64,000 bases of DNA, from contig NC_068987.1 of NCBI RefSeq assembly GCF_001194135.2, forward strand, positions 38,240,562 to 38,304,561. Direction: 5' to 3'. Below the pieces are notes generated by a model. That model was not told the origin of the DNA and did no database searches. It worked only from the letters and a program-made list of their open reading frames with translations. Positions 25,231 to 38,149 of this stretch are shown one piece after another. Source of the DNA: Octopus bimaculoides (Eukaryota). The position numbers and the translations under genes are program-made. The first letter of the stretch is position 1; each line of letters starts with the position of its first letter.

Positions 25231-25696
25231 AGTGAATATAAATTCAAGTTGTTTATACTACAATTTCAGCAGAACTTCCTAGAGAAGTAATTATTCTAAT
25301 TATTTCCTTCCTGTATTTTTAAGTTTTGGTTTTTAATTTATACCAGATTGAAAATGACCATTTAGTACTAATTATCTGAGATAGATAATATTAGTAAAAT
25401 ATAGGTTGCTATCTGTAGTTTCTTATATGCTATGTGTAGTGTCTTAAATGCAACACAAACTTTTTGTGTTTAGTTTTCTTTGACATATAAGATACTTGAA
25501 CAAATATTGCTGTAAACCTGAGATTAAAAACGACCTTAATGAAATTTTTAATGTCCAGAGTTAGATTATTCTTAAAGAAGCATTAATAAAAGTCTGACTG
25601 TGGGTTTTGCTTTTTACTGGAATTACAGATGTAAGAAATTGATATTGATGATTCAGGAGCACAACTAAAACTAACAAAATGAAGATTATTATGCTT

Positions 25697-25823
25697 CTTA
25701 ACTTGGAGGTTGTGTTAGAACAGTGAATACTGCATTATCTACCTTCAAGGAGTCTCTCATAAGGACTCGTACACCACAAGTAAATAATGCAGTATCCTGT
25801 TTTAGCACAACCTCCACATTAAG
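25697..25823. repeat. Small palindromic MITE-like element
   Basis: Arms cttaacttggaggttgtgttagaacagtgaatactgcattat and ataatgcagtatcctgttttagcacaacctccacattaag are imperfect reverse complements. Confidence 0.7.
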
Positions 25824-25859
25824 CTGGAGATCAAGATTATTTTTTCAATAGTAATATTA

Positions 25860-26377
25860 CTTCTGTTTCTTCCAATTTTATGTTCTGAGTTCAAACTCCG
25901 CTGAGGTCAACTTTGTCTTTCATCCTTCCAGGGTTGATGAAATAAATACCAGTTGAGCACTGGAGTTGATGAAATCAACTAACCACCTTATACCTATAGT
26001 AGAAAGGATTATTATTATCTCAGGCAGCAAGCTGGCAAAGTTCTTAGCATGTTGGACAAAATGCTTAGTGGTATTTCACCCGTCACTAAATTCTGAGTTC
26101 AAATTCTGCCAAGGTCGATTTTGCCTTTCATCCTTTCGGGGTCAATAAATTAATTTATTGACCCCTTTCGGGGCCAATAAATTACTAGCATGCTGGACAA
26201 AATGTTTACTGGTATTTCACCAGTTGTTACATTCTGAGTTCAAATTCTTCTGAGGTTTGGCTTTGCCTTTCATCCTTTTGGGGTTGATAAATTAAGTATC
26301 AGTGAAACACTGGGGTCAGTGTAATTGACTAGTCCCATCCCCACCAAAATTCAGGCCTTGTGCTTTTAGTAGAAAGG

Positions 26378-26417
<40 letters not shown>

Positions 26418-26626
26418 GGGCAGTGAGCTGGAAGGGTCATTAGCACACTGAACAATATGCTTAGCAGCATTACATCCATCATGTTCTGTGTTCATATTCT
26501 GCTGAGGTGAACTTTGCCTTTCATCCTTTCTGGGATGATAAAATAAATACTAGTTGAGTACTGGGGTCAATATAATCAAGTAACCCCCTTCCCCAAAATT
26601 GTTGGCCTTGTGCCAAAACTTAAAAC

Positions 26627-26657
<31 letters not shown>

Positions 26658-26900
26658 TTTATTATCATCAGGTGGCAAGCTGATGGAATTGTTAGCACAT
26701 CAGACAAAGTGCTTAACATCATTTCTTCTCTCTCTCTTTACATTCTGTGTTCAGATGACACTGAGGTCATTTTTGCTATTCATCCTTTTGGGGTCATAAA
26801 ATAAATACTTGTTGAGCTCTGGGGTCGATGTAATTGACTTCCCCTCCTTTCAAAATTGCTGGCCTTGAGCCTATAGTAGACAGAATTATTATTAATATTA
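25860..26900 (+). mobile_element. Five head-to-tail copies of SINE family 2 separated by (ATT)n tails
   Basis: Approximate units 25860-26020, 26021-26184, 26185-26415, 26416-26670, 26671-26900, each with the ttctgagttcaaat..gaggtc..ttgcctttcatcc core. Confidence 0.88.
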
Positions 26901-26984
26901 TTCAGTGTCGTATTTGCATTGCAAGTGATTTGACCTGAGACAGTATATTTTCCTTTTTGCCTTGTTTCATTCATTGGCCTATGA

Positions 26985-27129
26985 CCATACTTGGGCACTG
27001 CTCTGAAGAGTTTTAGTTGAACAAATCAACCCCAGTTTTTATTTTCTATGTCTGGTACTTATTCTATTGATCTCTTTTGTTCAACCACTAAGTTTGCTAA
27101 AGCGGGATGACTCAAACACAAAGACACAC

Positions 27130-27185
<56 letters not shown>

Positions 27186-27310
27186 TTCCTTCTACCAAAT
27201 TCATTCACAAAGCATTGGTTGACCTGGGGCTATAGAAAACACTTGCTCATGTTGTGAGACTGAACCCAAAACCACATGGTTGCAATATCAACTTCTTAAT
27301 CACAAAGCCA
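26985..27310 (-). mobile_element. SINE family 1, degenerate
   Basis: Reverse complement of the family 1 head and body with internal (CA)n. Confidence 0.75.
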
Positions 27311-29530
27311 TACCTATTAAAACTGAAGTAATTTACCTTATAGAAGAGCCATTCTAGTTACCTAAGAAAGCATAAAAGTGCTTGAAGGTACTTTTTATTT
27401 ATTTTATAATATGGATACATTTCAGCCACACATACTTGACCTGGTCACTGAATCAGTTACACTGTATGTCTTTTGGAACTGTCTCGTGTCCAGGTCATTA
27501 TGCAATGAAAATTTTAATAACTCAAGAAATATACATAAAGGGATTTTTTTTTATAGATTTTTTTGTGCATTTTAGATGACCAAAATGGCAGTTCCACAAT
27601 GTAATTTTTATTATTATTTTAATTTTTATTAATCATTCTTGTACCGGTAGTTAAATTAAATATGACTAAAGTTGGACTTTAGTTCATTTTGTACATTCCC
27701 CCCACCCCCCAAAAAAGCTATGATAAAATTTTAAAGGTTTTAATATATTTACATATTAAACTAATTAATATAATAGGTATAAGACAGTGGTTCTCATGTC
27801 TGCTAAGAATTAGAAAGGACCGAGTTTAGAAACCTGTTAAAAAATATATTTGTTCTTAAAGCAGAATTTTCTAAAAATAGCCAAGCTACAAAACACAGTG
27901 GGGGATATTAAACAGTGACAGACTTGCTGCTGCTGTTGTTGCTGCTGCTGCTAGTTGGAGGTTTATTTCTATCAGTGGTGATTGTCTGTACATTATCAAT
28001 TTTCCAGACACTGACATCTGCTACCTACCTATCTGAAGGACAAGTGAAGTCGTCCCCTAATTAATTGTCTGCATTTCTTAAAGAAATATTTCTTCCATTT
28101 TGCATTGTATCTCTCATCATCTTTAATTACATATTTTAATTAAGGATGTTAAGCATTAATTCAAAATTAAATTTTCATCCTTATTAAGTTAGATAATTTC
28201 AGATTTGTAATTTATTTTACTAGAGCCCTATTTAATGTGTCCGTATTTATGTATGTATATGTGTATACATACATACATATATGCATACAGACAAACAGAT
28301 AAACACACTCACACTCACACGTGCACACACACACACATACACACACACACACATACACACACACAAACACACACACACAAAACACATGGACATATGTACA
28401 ATCATACATGCATATATACATGTGTGTGTGTGTGTGTCTTTTTAGATGAGTGTGTATATTTGTGTATACATTTATACACAAATGTATGCACACAAATGTA
28501 TACACACATGTATATGCAAATGTATACACACATTTATACACAAATGTATACACACATGTATATGCATGTGTATATATTATAAATGTGTGTATAAAATGTA
28601 CAGTCCTGTATATGTGCTGCTGTGAGTTTGGACTGAGATAGTTACTGGGGCTTTATTTCTCTCCCTCGACCAAATGTTCTCACTTGTGATAAAACTGCTT
28701 CATAAGACACTAGTGAAAATCTAGTCAATAAAGGGAGTCAACACTACCTGTGGCAGCAGCAGCAGCAACAGCTGCTGCTGCTGTTGCTGCTGCAATTGTT
28801 ACTATTGCTGATGCTGATGTTACATCTCCTTTCCAACTCAGTGCTTGCTATATACGTCTTTGGGTTCCTCTCTGGCATGCAACATTTAGTTTTACATTGA
28901 ACACAACAAGATGGATGGGAGAAATCAGATTTACTTGACTAGTTAACTTTTCTTGTTGTTGTTGCTGTTGCTATCAGGAGGCTATGACTCAAATGTGACA
29001 CTGCATGTATTGCAGTGTCTTTGCTAGCTATATGCAAGCTGCATGTGTGCTTGTGTGTGTGTGTGTGTGTGCTTAGTTTACAAAGGCCTGTATGTGAATG
29101 ATGTTATATAATTCAGCTATAGGTTTATCAGATGGTCGCCGAGAAGATTAAGTACCTAAACTGCATGAACTGTGGTTGTTATTGTCATTGTGATGGTGGT
29201 GGTTGCTGTACGTGCCTGTTAGTTTACATCTTTACTGATCATTGTCGCTGTTGATTACTGCTGTCCAACAACTACAAAAATCTCCGCTGTTATGCTTAAT
29301 GGTCATTTGTCTGACCAAAAGTCCAACAGGATACTTACCAACAACTACCAATATTATTCCATCACCCCTTGTTGCAGCAGATGGTTTCTTTGTTTTTATG
29401 CTAAATATAATTATTATCACTACTTGCTGTTGTGGTCACCACGCTGCCCCACGTCGCTATTTCCTGCCTGAGAGGTCGGGCTGCACTTTGGTGCAAGGGG
29501 GTATGTGAACGTAGAGATAGTTCCATTACT

Positions 29531-29577
29531 ATGACAGCTCCCAATGAGGTTTGTGAGTATGTTATAAGAAGACCAAG
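29531..29577 (+). CDS. Candidate first coding exon of an unidentified host gene (MTAPNEVCEYVIRRP+AG, phase 2)
   Basis: Non-repetitive, CpG-retaining context; ATG with A at -3; strong donor CCAAG|GTAAGA at 29577/29578; no protein family recognised. Confidence 0.35.
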
Positions 29578-29686
29578 GTAAGATTCTTTAAGTTGTCTAC
29601 CTCTACTTTTCTTTACATCACGCTTGTAATTTTTACCAATTCCCTCCTTTCACTATGCATCAGTTAATCATTTCACTGTATGTATG

Positions 29687-29723
<37 letters not shown>

Positions 29724-30064
29724 TGTAATTCTTCACTAATATTTATCCTGCTCATGATTTTATGTGTATTTTTAGTCTTTGTATTTTATCATTTTAATGT
29801 TTTTTTTTTAAATAGAATTGTATATTAAAAAAATGTATTTCAGCAAAATTATTTAACTTTGTTGGTTTTGACATTCTAATTTGTAAAATGTGAAGAAAAA
29901 ATATCTTAAAATCATATCAAGTTTGCAGTTTAAAAACTATTTGAATGAAATATACAGAAATTAATTTTAAATTGGAATATGATGAAACATATATATAAAA
30001 AAAAAAGAATTTATAAATTATTTAAAACTATTATTCATATAATTTATAGCGTTTTCTTATGCAG

Positions 30065-30106
<42 letters not shown>

Positions 30107-30154
30107 TATTATTGTTGTTGTTGTTATTATTGTAACCACTACTACTATTAGGGT

Positions 30155-30365
30155 GGTGAGCTGGCAGAATCATTAGCATGCAGGACAGAATGCTTAGTAG
30201 CATTTCTTCCGGCTTTATATTCTGCGTTCAAATGCTGCTGAGGTCAACTTTACCTTTCATCCTTTCAGAGTTGATAAAATAAGTATCTGTCAAGCACTGA
30301 GGTTGATAATATCAACTTGTGCTTTCCCCTAAAATTGCTGACCTCATGTCAAAATTTGAAGCCAT
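30155..30365 (+). mobile_element. SINE family 2
   Basis: gtgagctggcagaatcattagcatg..gaggtcaactttacctttcatcc..aaatttgaagccattatt. Confidence 0.85.
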
Positions 30366-31559
30366 TATTTTTATTATTATTAGTAGTAGTAGTAGTATTC
30401 TTTATTAAAACATTGAATTACTATACCTATTATACTAAACGATTGGAAACTTTTACTATATTACATTTCCTATTTATTTCTACAAAAACAACTCACAAGT
30501 GTTGCTATTGTTAAAGTGAATAATTTGTTTTAAAATTCATGTGCTGTAGTGGGATCTGTTGTAAATCGATTGCTCTATACAAGACAAAGTATTCAACTTT
30601 CATCTGATCATTAAACAGTCATTTACTCAGTTACAGTTTTATTTCCTGATTTTCAGTTCATATTTTTGCAGTTCTATCTCTTGACCACAACAGACAGTTG
30701 TAAACCATGAGATTCATACATATATTTCATACTTGATTTTTGATATATTTTTCAAAAATAATTTATTCCTTGTGCAGTCCCCCTGAAAATGCACTTTATA
30801 GTAATTTTTTTTTTCCACTTGTTTTAACTTTTTCTGCTGGCTTTAATGATATTTAAAAGGTTTAGAAAGAGCAAGGTATCTTATCTTCCTAAATATTTTT
30901 CATTTTATTTATCCTATTTCAACATGTATTAGCTGTGTTAATTGTAATTTGAGGGTTATATATATCTATTAAGTATGGAACTGTTATAGAGTGGTTGACT
31001 ATAGATAATTGCTAATGTTTTGAAACAGCCATTTTTATCATTTGTGATGATCAGCTTTCTCATTAATAGAAGTTTGTACCTATATTCAATGATATAAGAA
31101 ACTTTGAATGATTGATAATGTTTAAAATATCAGAATTTCTCTGTGTGTCTGTGTGCACACATGTGCATGTGCACACGTGCATGCATGCATGTGTATGTGC
31201 GTTTCATCTACTCGTAAACTTTACAAAAATTTTCTAACAAATTGCAGATAGAAAATACATAGTCAAAATTTCTAAACTAAAAGGGAAAATAACAAAAATT
31301 AATAATTTTTTAAAGTTGATGAAAGTTAAAGTTAGAATATCCAAATTCTCATTAAAGAATTTCTAATGATTTCGTGATCTGCTTCATCTCAAATAAATTT
31401 TCAAACATTTTTCTTAAAATTAATTCTACCTATTTTCATTTTTTTTAATATATATATGTATCGTTTGCTAAAGATATAAAAATGTTTCAGATTATCCAAA
31501 TTTGCTTATCATATTTTGGTACAGTAATTAAAATACACTCATTGTAACTCACTAATAAA

Positions 31560-31740
31560 AGTATATTCAACAGATATATTAGTTACACTCATTAAGGCAT
31601 ACTCATTAAGGTACACTCATTAGATATACTCATTAAAGTACATTCATTTAGAAACACTTATTGAGGTGCACTTATGCAGTATATGCTAGTTTAGTGTACA
31701 TTCACTTAGGTACACCCATTGGGGTACATTTATTAAGTGT
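31560..31740. repeat. Degenerate about 14-bp minisatellite (ggtacactcattaa)
   Basis: Recurrent acactcatta / tacattcatt units. Confidence 0.7.
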
Positions 31741-33843
31741 AGCTTCAAATTACAAGAAAATGCGTTGAATACATTTGTTATGAAGCACTTAAAAACAATT
31801 AGATTAATTAAAATTAGATAAAGTAAATTTGAAAACTTGATTTTATTAACAACTTTAAACTTCTCAATAAATATGGTATCCTAAATTTTCAGTTTAATTG
31901 TAATTTAATTAATAAATCTAATGTTAAATAGCAGCACACTTAAGTTGGTAGACTGTACCAGTTGACTTCTTGCACTTGTAATATCTTTTCATATAGTGAA
32001 GGCCCAACTGTAGATAATTTGTTGATAGGAGGACAATTAACAGTTCATATTGCCAAGAATATTACTGATGCAAATTCAAAGACATTGTCTTCAATAATGC
32101 AACAGTGCTATTAATAAACACATGACCAAGGTGATAAACTAGGAATACTGTTACAGGTGCTGCACTACTATCACAGGTATTGTAATGCTGTCCCTTGCAA
32201 TGGTACATGACTATCAAATGGCTTAGTCCACTTTATTGAAAAGGCATTTTATAGGCTAATATTTGTCATCATTAGATGTAGCATGTTTTATTAGCTTGCA
32301 ATACTGAATTCAAATGCTCCTATTACTCTTACTTAGATATATATGATAACTCTCTCTCTCTCTCTCTGCTCAAAATATATCACTTCAGTTCAAAGTTTGC
32401 CTATGACATAACATGCTGTTGGACCCATTGGCATTGATTTGAAATTGAATACCTCTTAAATGGGTATATTTCAATTGCTATGGTTGTTAGTTAAACCTAT
32501 TTAAAGGCTAACATTTTTTTAGCCTTATTGAGACTATGTATTTATACTGTGATGTTCCAAGCAATGTTTCATGGATGTCATATAAAAGTTAATTTTACAG
32601 GGGAAGATGATAAGTATTGTTGGTGACATCTTGTTTCATGTTGTTAATGTTTGATAGATTTACTGAATGGGTGGCAAATAAGGTTACTTGATATAGTTTC
32701 TCATATTCCTAGCTTCCACTACAATACACACTATCATTTTTATTCATTTATGTACTTTAGAGTTGAGAAGGTAAGATAGCAGTATGGCTAATGTATTGAA
32801 CAACCTGATCATAAATCATGAGGTCAGATCTTCTGTAGGCTTTTACATTTCTGCAGTTTACATATCTGTTAGAAATAGCTACATGATTATCTAGGATAGC
32901 TCCCTATAAGAAAGGGATTTATGCCCTTCCTAATAAGAGCCTCACCTACTTAACCCCATGATATTGGAACCAAATACCACTTCTTAATAAAAAAATTTTT
33001 TAATCCCTAATTTTTCTGCTTTTACTGTTTTAGTAAGATTAATTATGTTGCAATCACACATTCTCCTTTCAACTGGGTCTGGAAATTTTTTACCTCCTTT
33101 TGTCTGGTTCAAATAATCTCTGTTGTCAATCCTTTTCCACTGTTTGATGAACCATCACCAACAACACCACTATTATAAAGATAAACCTTTAGTATTGTTG
33201 TTTACCTAATTTTGTTTTTGTATCACATTTGGTACACAATAGTACCATCAGATACAAGTTTCTAATGGACCAATCACTGGTTCACAGCATTTCTGACAGC
33301 AACAGTGATAAGGGAGTGTTTGTGACTTAGTGCAGAACAAATATTGCAAAAGACATACACACACTCATATAAAATGCTCCTACATAATTTTTACAAATTC
33401 CTGTGAGTGAAATATGGTAGACATATTTTGGAACCACATGGCTGTAAAGCAAAACCTTTTAACTGCGTAGCTATAACTGCTTAGGTTAGGTAGATTATTA
33501 ATCCAGTAAACAAAAAATGTTTTGCTAGTCTTTTTGTTATAAAAATCTGAATGTTGTATGCACTATCTCTGATGTAGAGAGTTTACTTTAAACATGTTTC
33601 TTTTTCATATGTGAACACACATCTATGAGTTTCTCAAACCTTTGTTTCCATGTTTCTGACTAAGGTTGTTGGACAGGTGCAGGTTAGATTTTGGCTGATA
33701 AAAGTTTGGTAGGAAAAGCTGGGTAAATAGAGAGTACCAGAGAGTTATAGTTCTTGTTTGGAAAGATTGTCCAGTTCATTGCCTGAAGGTTAAGATATAT
33801 TGAAAAGGATGGTGGTTTGCTATCATTGTAGTTGTAGCAGAAG

Positions 33844-33922
<79 letters not shown>

Positions 33923-34694
33923 GAACATCATTGGGCTAGTGGCTCTAGTGCGCTGTATGAAGCTTTACTTATTTGCTATATTGAAAATGTTTGTATGTTT
34001 GCCACCTGTATTGACCCATATGTGTGAGCAATATTGTGTGCTGCACATAATTACCATGTATAAGATCAATAACTGCTCAAACCTGAAATAACAAACTAAC
34101 TCCAAACAAGATACCCAGATTTTGGAATGTATCCCACTCACCACTCCTTAATAGACAATACAACATTATATATCCTAAAACAGGTAACACATATATGATT
34201 ATCTTTGATATTTTTAAAATTTTAAGATATTAAACACATTGTTAATTATCTCAGAAAACTTTTTCATAAAGTATGTATGAAAACTAGATATAGCATTCTA
34301 TGGTATTGTTGCAAATGTTAAATGAATGCAATTGACATTGCATATTTGGAGAACATTAGCAAAGTTTTACAACACCAAAGTTTCTTTCGTTTTCTGTTTT
34401 TTTTTTTGTTTTTTTTTTTATGAAGATAATCGATTCTGCTTCCCGTCCTATGATTCTATGATTTCATTGATTGACTAGGAATAATAGCTATATAATAAAT
34501 TATGTACAGCTTGGGAATTAACTCTTATTTATATCAAGTGAGTTCCCCATGTAAACTTGGCACAATCATTATTTCCTGCTACTCTACAGTGCTTGAAAAG
34601 TTTTCTCATTTTCATTCATAAAGTTTCATAGCCATATGAGTAACATTCATGACTACAAACTTGGCGGTCACATTTTCTAATTTGCTCTATGTAC

Positions 34695-34885
34695 TTATTT
34701 AGTCCCAAGTCCTGAACTAGCAGACCTTAGATCAAAGACATTCCAGCCATGACCATCCCATCTTTTTCAGATATAATATGTATAAGATTATATTTTTCCA
34801 CGATTTCTATTTTTGTTTTTTATATGATATGAAGTAGATTTGGCTGCTGTTTTTAACAGATGGAATGACACAGAGTGACTCCATT
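34695..34885 (+). repeat. Unclassified interspersed repeat (family 3; related copies at about 36235-36435 and 47140-47330)
   Basis: Shared ordered motifs ccaggtc..caaa.acatt..accatc..ttgct.tttctaacaga..catagagg. Confidence 0.5.
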
Positions 34886-34969
34886 GCTGTGATTCTAGCA
34901 GGACTGTTAATGATAGTTTATCTTTGCTCATCTAAGTGTTGAGAATATTCGTAAATTTTCTTGTATGAT

Positions 34970-35215
34970 GCACTATCTTACTATTCTGTGACACACTACC
35001 TGTCTTATTCTGTAACACACTACCTTACTATTTTGTGACACTCTGTCTTATTCTGTGATACGATACCATACTATTCTATGATATACTCTTTCATTATTCT
35101 TTAAAACACTACCTTACTTTTCTATGATATACTCTCATCATTCTGTGACACACTACTTTATTATTCTGTAACACAATACCTTAACATCCCTGTGATACAC
35201 TACTCTACTAGTTTA
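34970..35215. repeat. Degenerate about 21-23-bp minisatellite (ttattctgtgacacactacc)
   Basis: About 10-11 tandem variants visible. Confidence 0.8.
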
Positions 35216-35824
35216 TGTTACAAATTTTAATTCTGAGGATACTGTTTCTGTAAAATCATGTGATCAATGGATACTAATTCTGTGTATACTGGTTCTGTGG
35301 ATATATATTCAAAGCTAATTATCTTATAACTAATGCCTTTTCTTTTACAAAATATCTTTTGAGATTTGATACAATTTAATGGCAATAATGTATTGGGACT
35401 CTTTATGTAGTCTTGAAAGTAATAAATATTCAATGTTACATCTTTTTCCTAATTGTTATTCTTATCTATAGCTCTTCATGGACTAATTGTACATGATTTC
35501 CAGAAAATAACTAGGGAGCATATTTGGTTTCAGAAGACATATTTTATATTATATTGATTTCTTTACTTTTATGCTTGCTCTTCATTTGAATTAGTTTAAC
35601 CATGGAATCTATATTTTCCAACTTAGCTGCTTAAATATGCATAAGAGGCAACCTGATTTGTCAAGGTTGATATATTTCCCAACACATGGGAATATATATA
35701 CTTTTGCTGATATGTAATGTATTTCTTTACAAAACTTTGTATAGATAATTTTATCCAAAAATTCTTGACTGACAACATATATCATCTCCTATCTGGCTTG
35801 TTCTTTAGATTTATTATCGATATA

Positions 35825-36211
35825 GATGCAGGCATGGCTGACAGGTAAGAAGTTTGCTTTCCATCTGCATGGCTCTGGGTTCAATCCCACCACATGGCAC
35901 TTTGGGCATCTTCTACTATATCTTCAAGTTGACCAAAGCCTTGTGAGTGGACTTGGTAGACAGAAACTGAAAGAAGCCTGCCATGTGTGTGTGTGTCTTT
36001 GTGTATGTGTTTATCCCCCACCACCTCTTGACAACCGATGTTGATGTGTTTACATCCCCATAACTTGTTTGGCAAAAGGGACTGATGGAATAAGTACCAG
36101 GCTTTACAGAAGAAAAATAAGTATTGAGTTGATAAGTTCAACTGAAATTCTTCAAGGCAGTGCCCCAGCATGGCTACAGTCTAATGTGGGAGACAAGTAA
36201 AAGATAAAAGA
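35825..36211 (+). mobile_element. SINE family 1, diverged full-length copy
   Basis: gcaggcatggctg..gggttcaatcccac..caagtaaaagataaaag. Confidence 0.85.
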
Positions 36212-37149
36212 TATATTTCTGTTTTGATCTTGTTTGTTAGCCCCAGGTCAACTCTGTTCATGTAATAGTAATACTGTGAACAAAGACCTTCCCACTGTGA
36301 CCATCTGTGTTTTTCTATATGCAGCCAACCCCAGACAAAGTTATTTAGTGTGTCCTTCTTTAAGTTGATAGAGAGATTTGCTCTTGCTTCTAACAGATCA
36401 AATAGCCATATAGAGGCTCCCCTGCTGACTCACTTTGAAACTGTGTATTCTACATGTGCTGGTGAGTGATGAAAACAATATCTAGGTTAATAGAATGTTG
36501 GACTATCAGCCACAATAGTGATGGTTCCTATCCACTTGCTGTGTCTGTCCTGCACTCATAGCCAATTCATTTAATCCATTGTCTGGCATCTTGGACATAG
36601 CCCCCCCCCCCCACCAGTGCTCCATGAGTAAAAAGAAGCCTTTCATAGATGTGTGTGTGTGTGGAAGGGGTATCTGTGTGTATCTGTCTGTCTGTCAGTG
36701 TGTCTTTCTATGGTGTCTGTCTTTATGATAACACTCCTTAAAAGTACAATATTTTCTGTTTATGTCCCATAATTTGTTTGTGGTAAGGAATCTTATATCC
36801 TGCAGAGTACAATGCAATCTTACTAGTGCCGCTACCACAATAAATTCACTTAATACATTCAATAACATGGTTCGAGAATTGTGGAAACAGTGTAGTAACA
36901 GAAGGCTTCCATGGGGGAAACATTTCCTGTGTACTCATGTACACATGTCTGTATGTGACGTGTGTGTGTGTATACAAGTACATGTATTCATTTGACTCAA
37001 ATGAATACCCATATTTGTATATTCATTGGACTGCATAGTCAGATGACTGAAACAAGTAAAAGCTTTTCAGGCTAAATTTGATAGTTTGCATAAAAGAAAA
37101 AAAAGAAAAAGACAATATCTCATCAAAAAATAAAAAAATATCAACAAGA

Positions 37150-37710
37150 TTATGGCTGGGCAATAACAGTTTACTCAGAGTAACCAGCCTCAGCTTCCAC
37201 CATGGCCTCAAGATTACTTTTTCCAGAGGTATGGCAAGGAGCTGAATCTTGCCACACATATAGCAACCCTCTCCAGCCAGGATTTGACCACAGTCTCTAG
37301 CAGCTTCACATAGCCATCTCAACTGGGCCTAAGGTCCTGTTCATCAGTTGTTGGATGAATTCTGGTGTGCAAACACAGTCAGTAGGCTTGTTGCATTCCT
37401 TCACATTGGTCATAGCTTCCTAGTCTCCATTGCAGCTGTCCATTTCATGTCTTACAGCCTTTACAATGTTCACAGAGCATTGAGCAGCTGTCATAATGTC
37501 AACATTTTGATACTTGGTATGAATCCTCATGATACAGGTAACTTTTTTCCAATATTCAGATGAATTCCAGTCCTCTATGTCAGCTAACTTTTTTTTAACT
37601 ACAGCTTTAATCTTCATGCTCTCTAGTGCTATTGACTGTTCACCTAACCATTAAGCTATTCCTCAAAAATGGAGACATAGATAATCATCAAACTTAACCC
37701 AAGCACCCAG
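37150..37710 (-). mobile_element. Second copy of the deleted DD37D-family element
   Basis: Aligns with 18300-18530 (agcagcttcaca..gttggatgaattctgg..catgtcttacagcctttac..gcattgagcagc); terminal aagcacccag followed by TA. Confidence 0.75.
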
Positions 37711-38149
37711 TATGTGAATGAAGTCTGATAAAAAAGTATCGAGACTGTTGCTATAGTAATGGAGCTAAAGTACACAGCATGAAGCTGCTTAGCACCGATT
37801 GACCTTCAACTCTGTCACACATGTTCACTAAGTTATAAAGATCTCACTGACTTCCATGATTTTTTATCAGGGCTTGGAAATAAAGTATGTAGAGTGTAGC
37901 CATCTCAAAAAAGATTGGGCTTCAACTGCACAGGATCTCCTTGATTGTGTTGAGGAAGACAAAAACTTCTTAAAAACTGTTATAACAGGTGATAGATCAT
38001 AGGTCTAATGCTCTGATCCTGAAAACAAGGCTCGGTCTTCACAGTGGAAGACCCCAGCAAGATTTCAAGACATCAAAGAAATCCAAGAGAATGCAACAAG
38101 GCAGTTGCTTCCTATCTTCACTTTTTTCTCCATTGTTAGAAGACAAAAA

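Noticed and set aside
25860-26900. Repeat-spacer-like periodicity reminiscent of a CRISPR array
   Set aside because: The units are about 200-bp SINE copies with (ATT)n tails in eukaryotic DNA; there are no unique spacers or cas genes
28750-28938. Poly-Ala ORF MAAAAATAAAAVAAA
   Set aside because: It starts at a non-ATG codon, is driven by (GCA)/(GCT) repeats, and has no recognisable domain or splice support
29290-29535. Alternative frame MLNGHLSD..SLFPA*EVGLHF as a possible Sec or readthrough ORF
   Set aside because: It ends before the splice donor, with no SECIS or family similarity visible
36806-36950. Possible phase-2 exon (R)VQCNLTSAATTINSLNTF..
   Set aside because: Poor pyrimidine tract, no convincing donor, and it runs into a microsatellite
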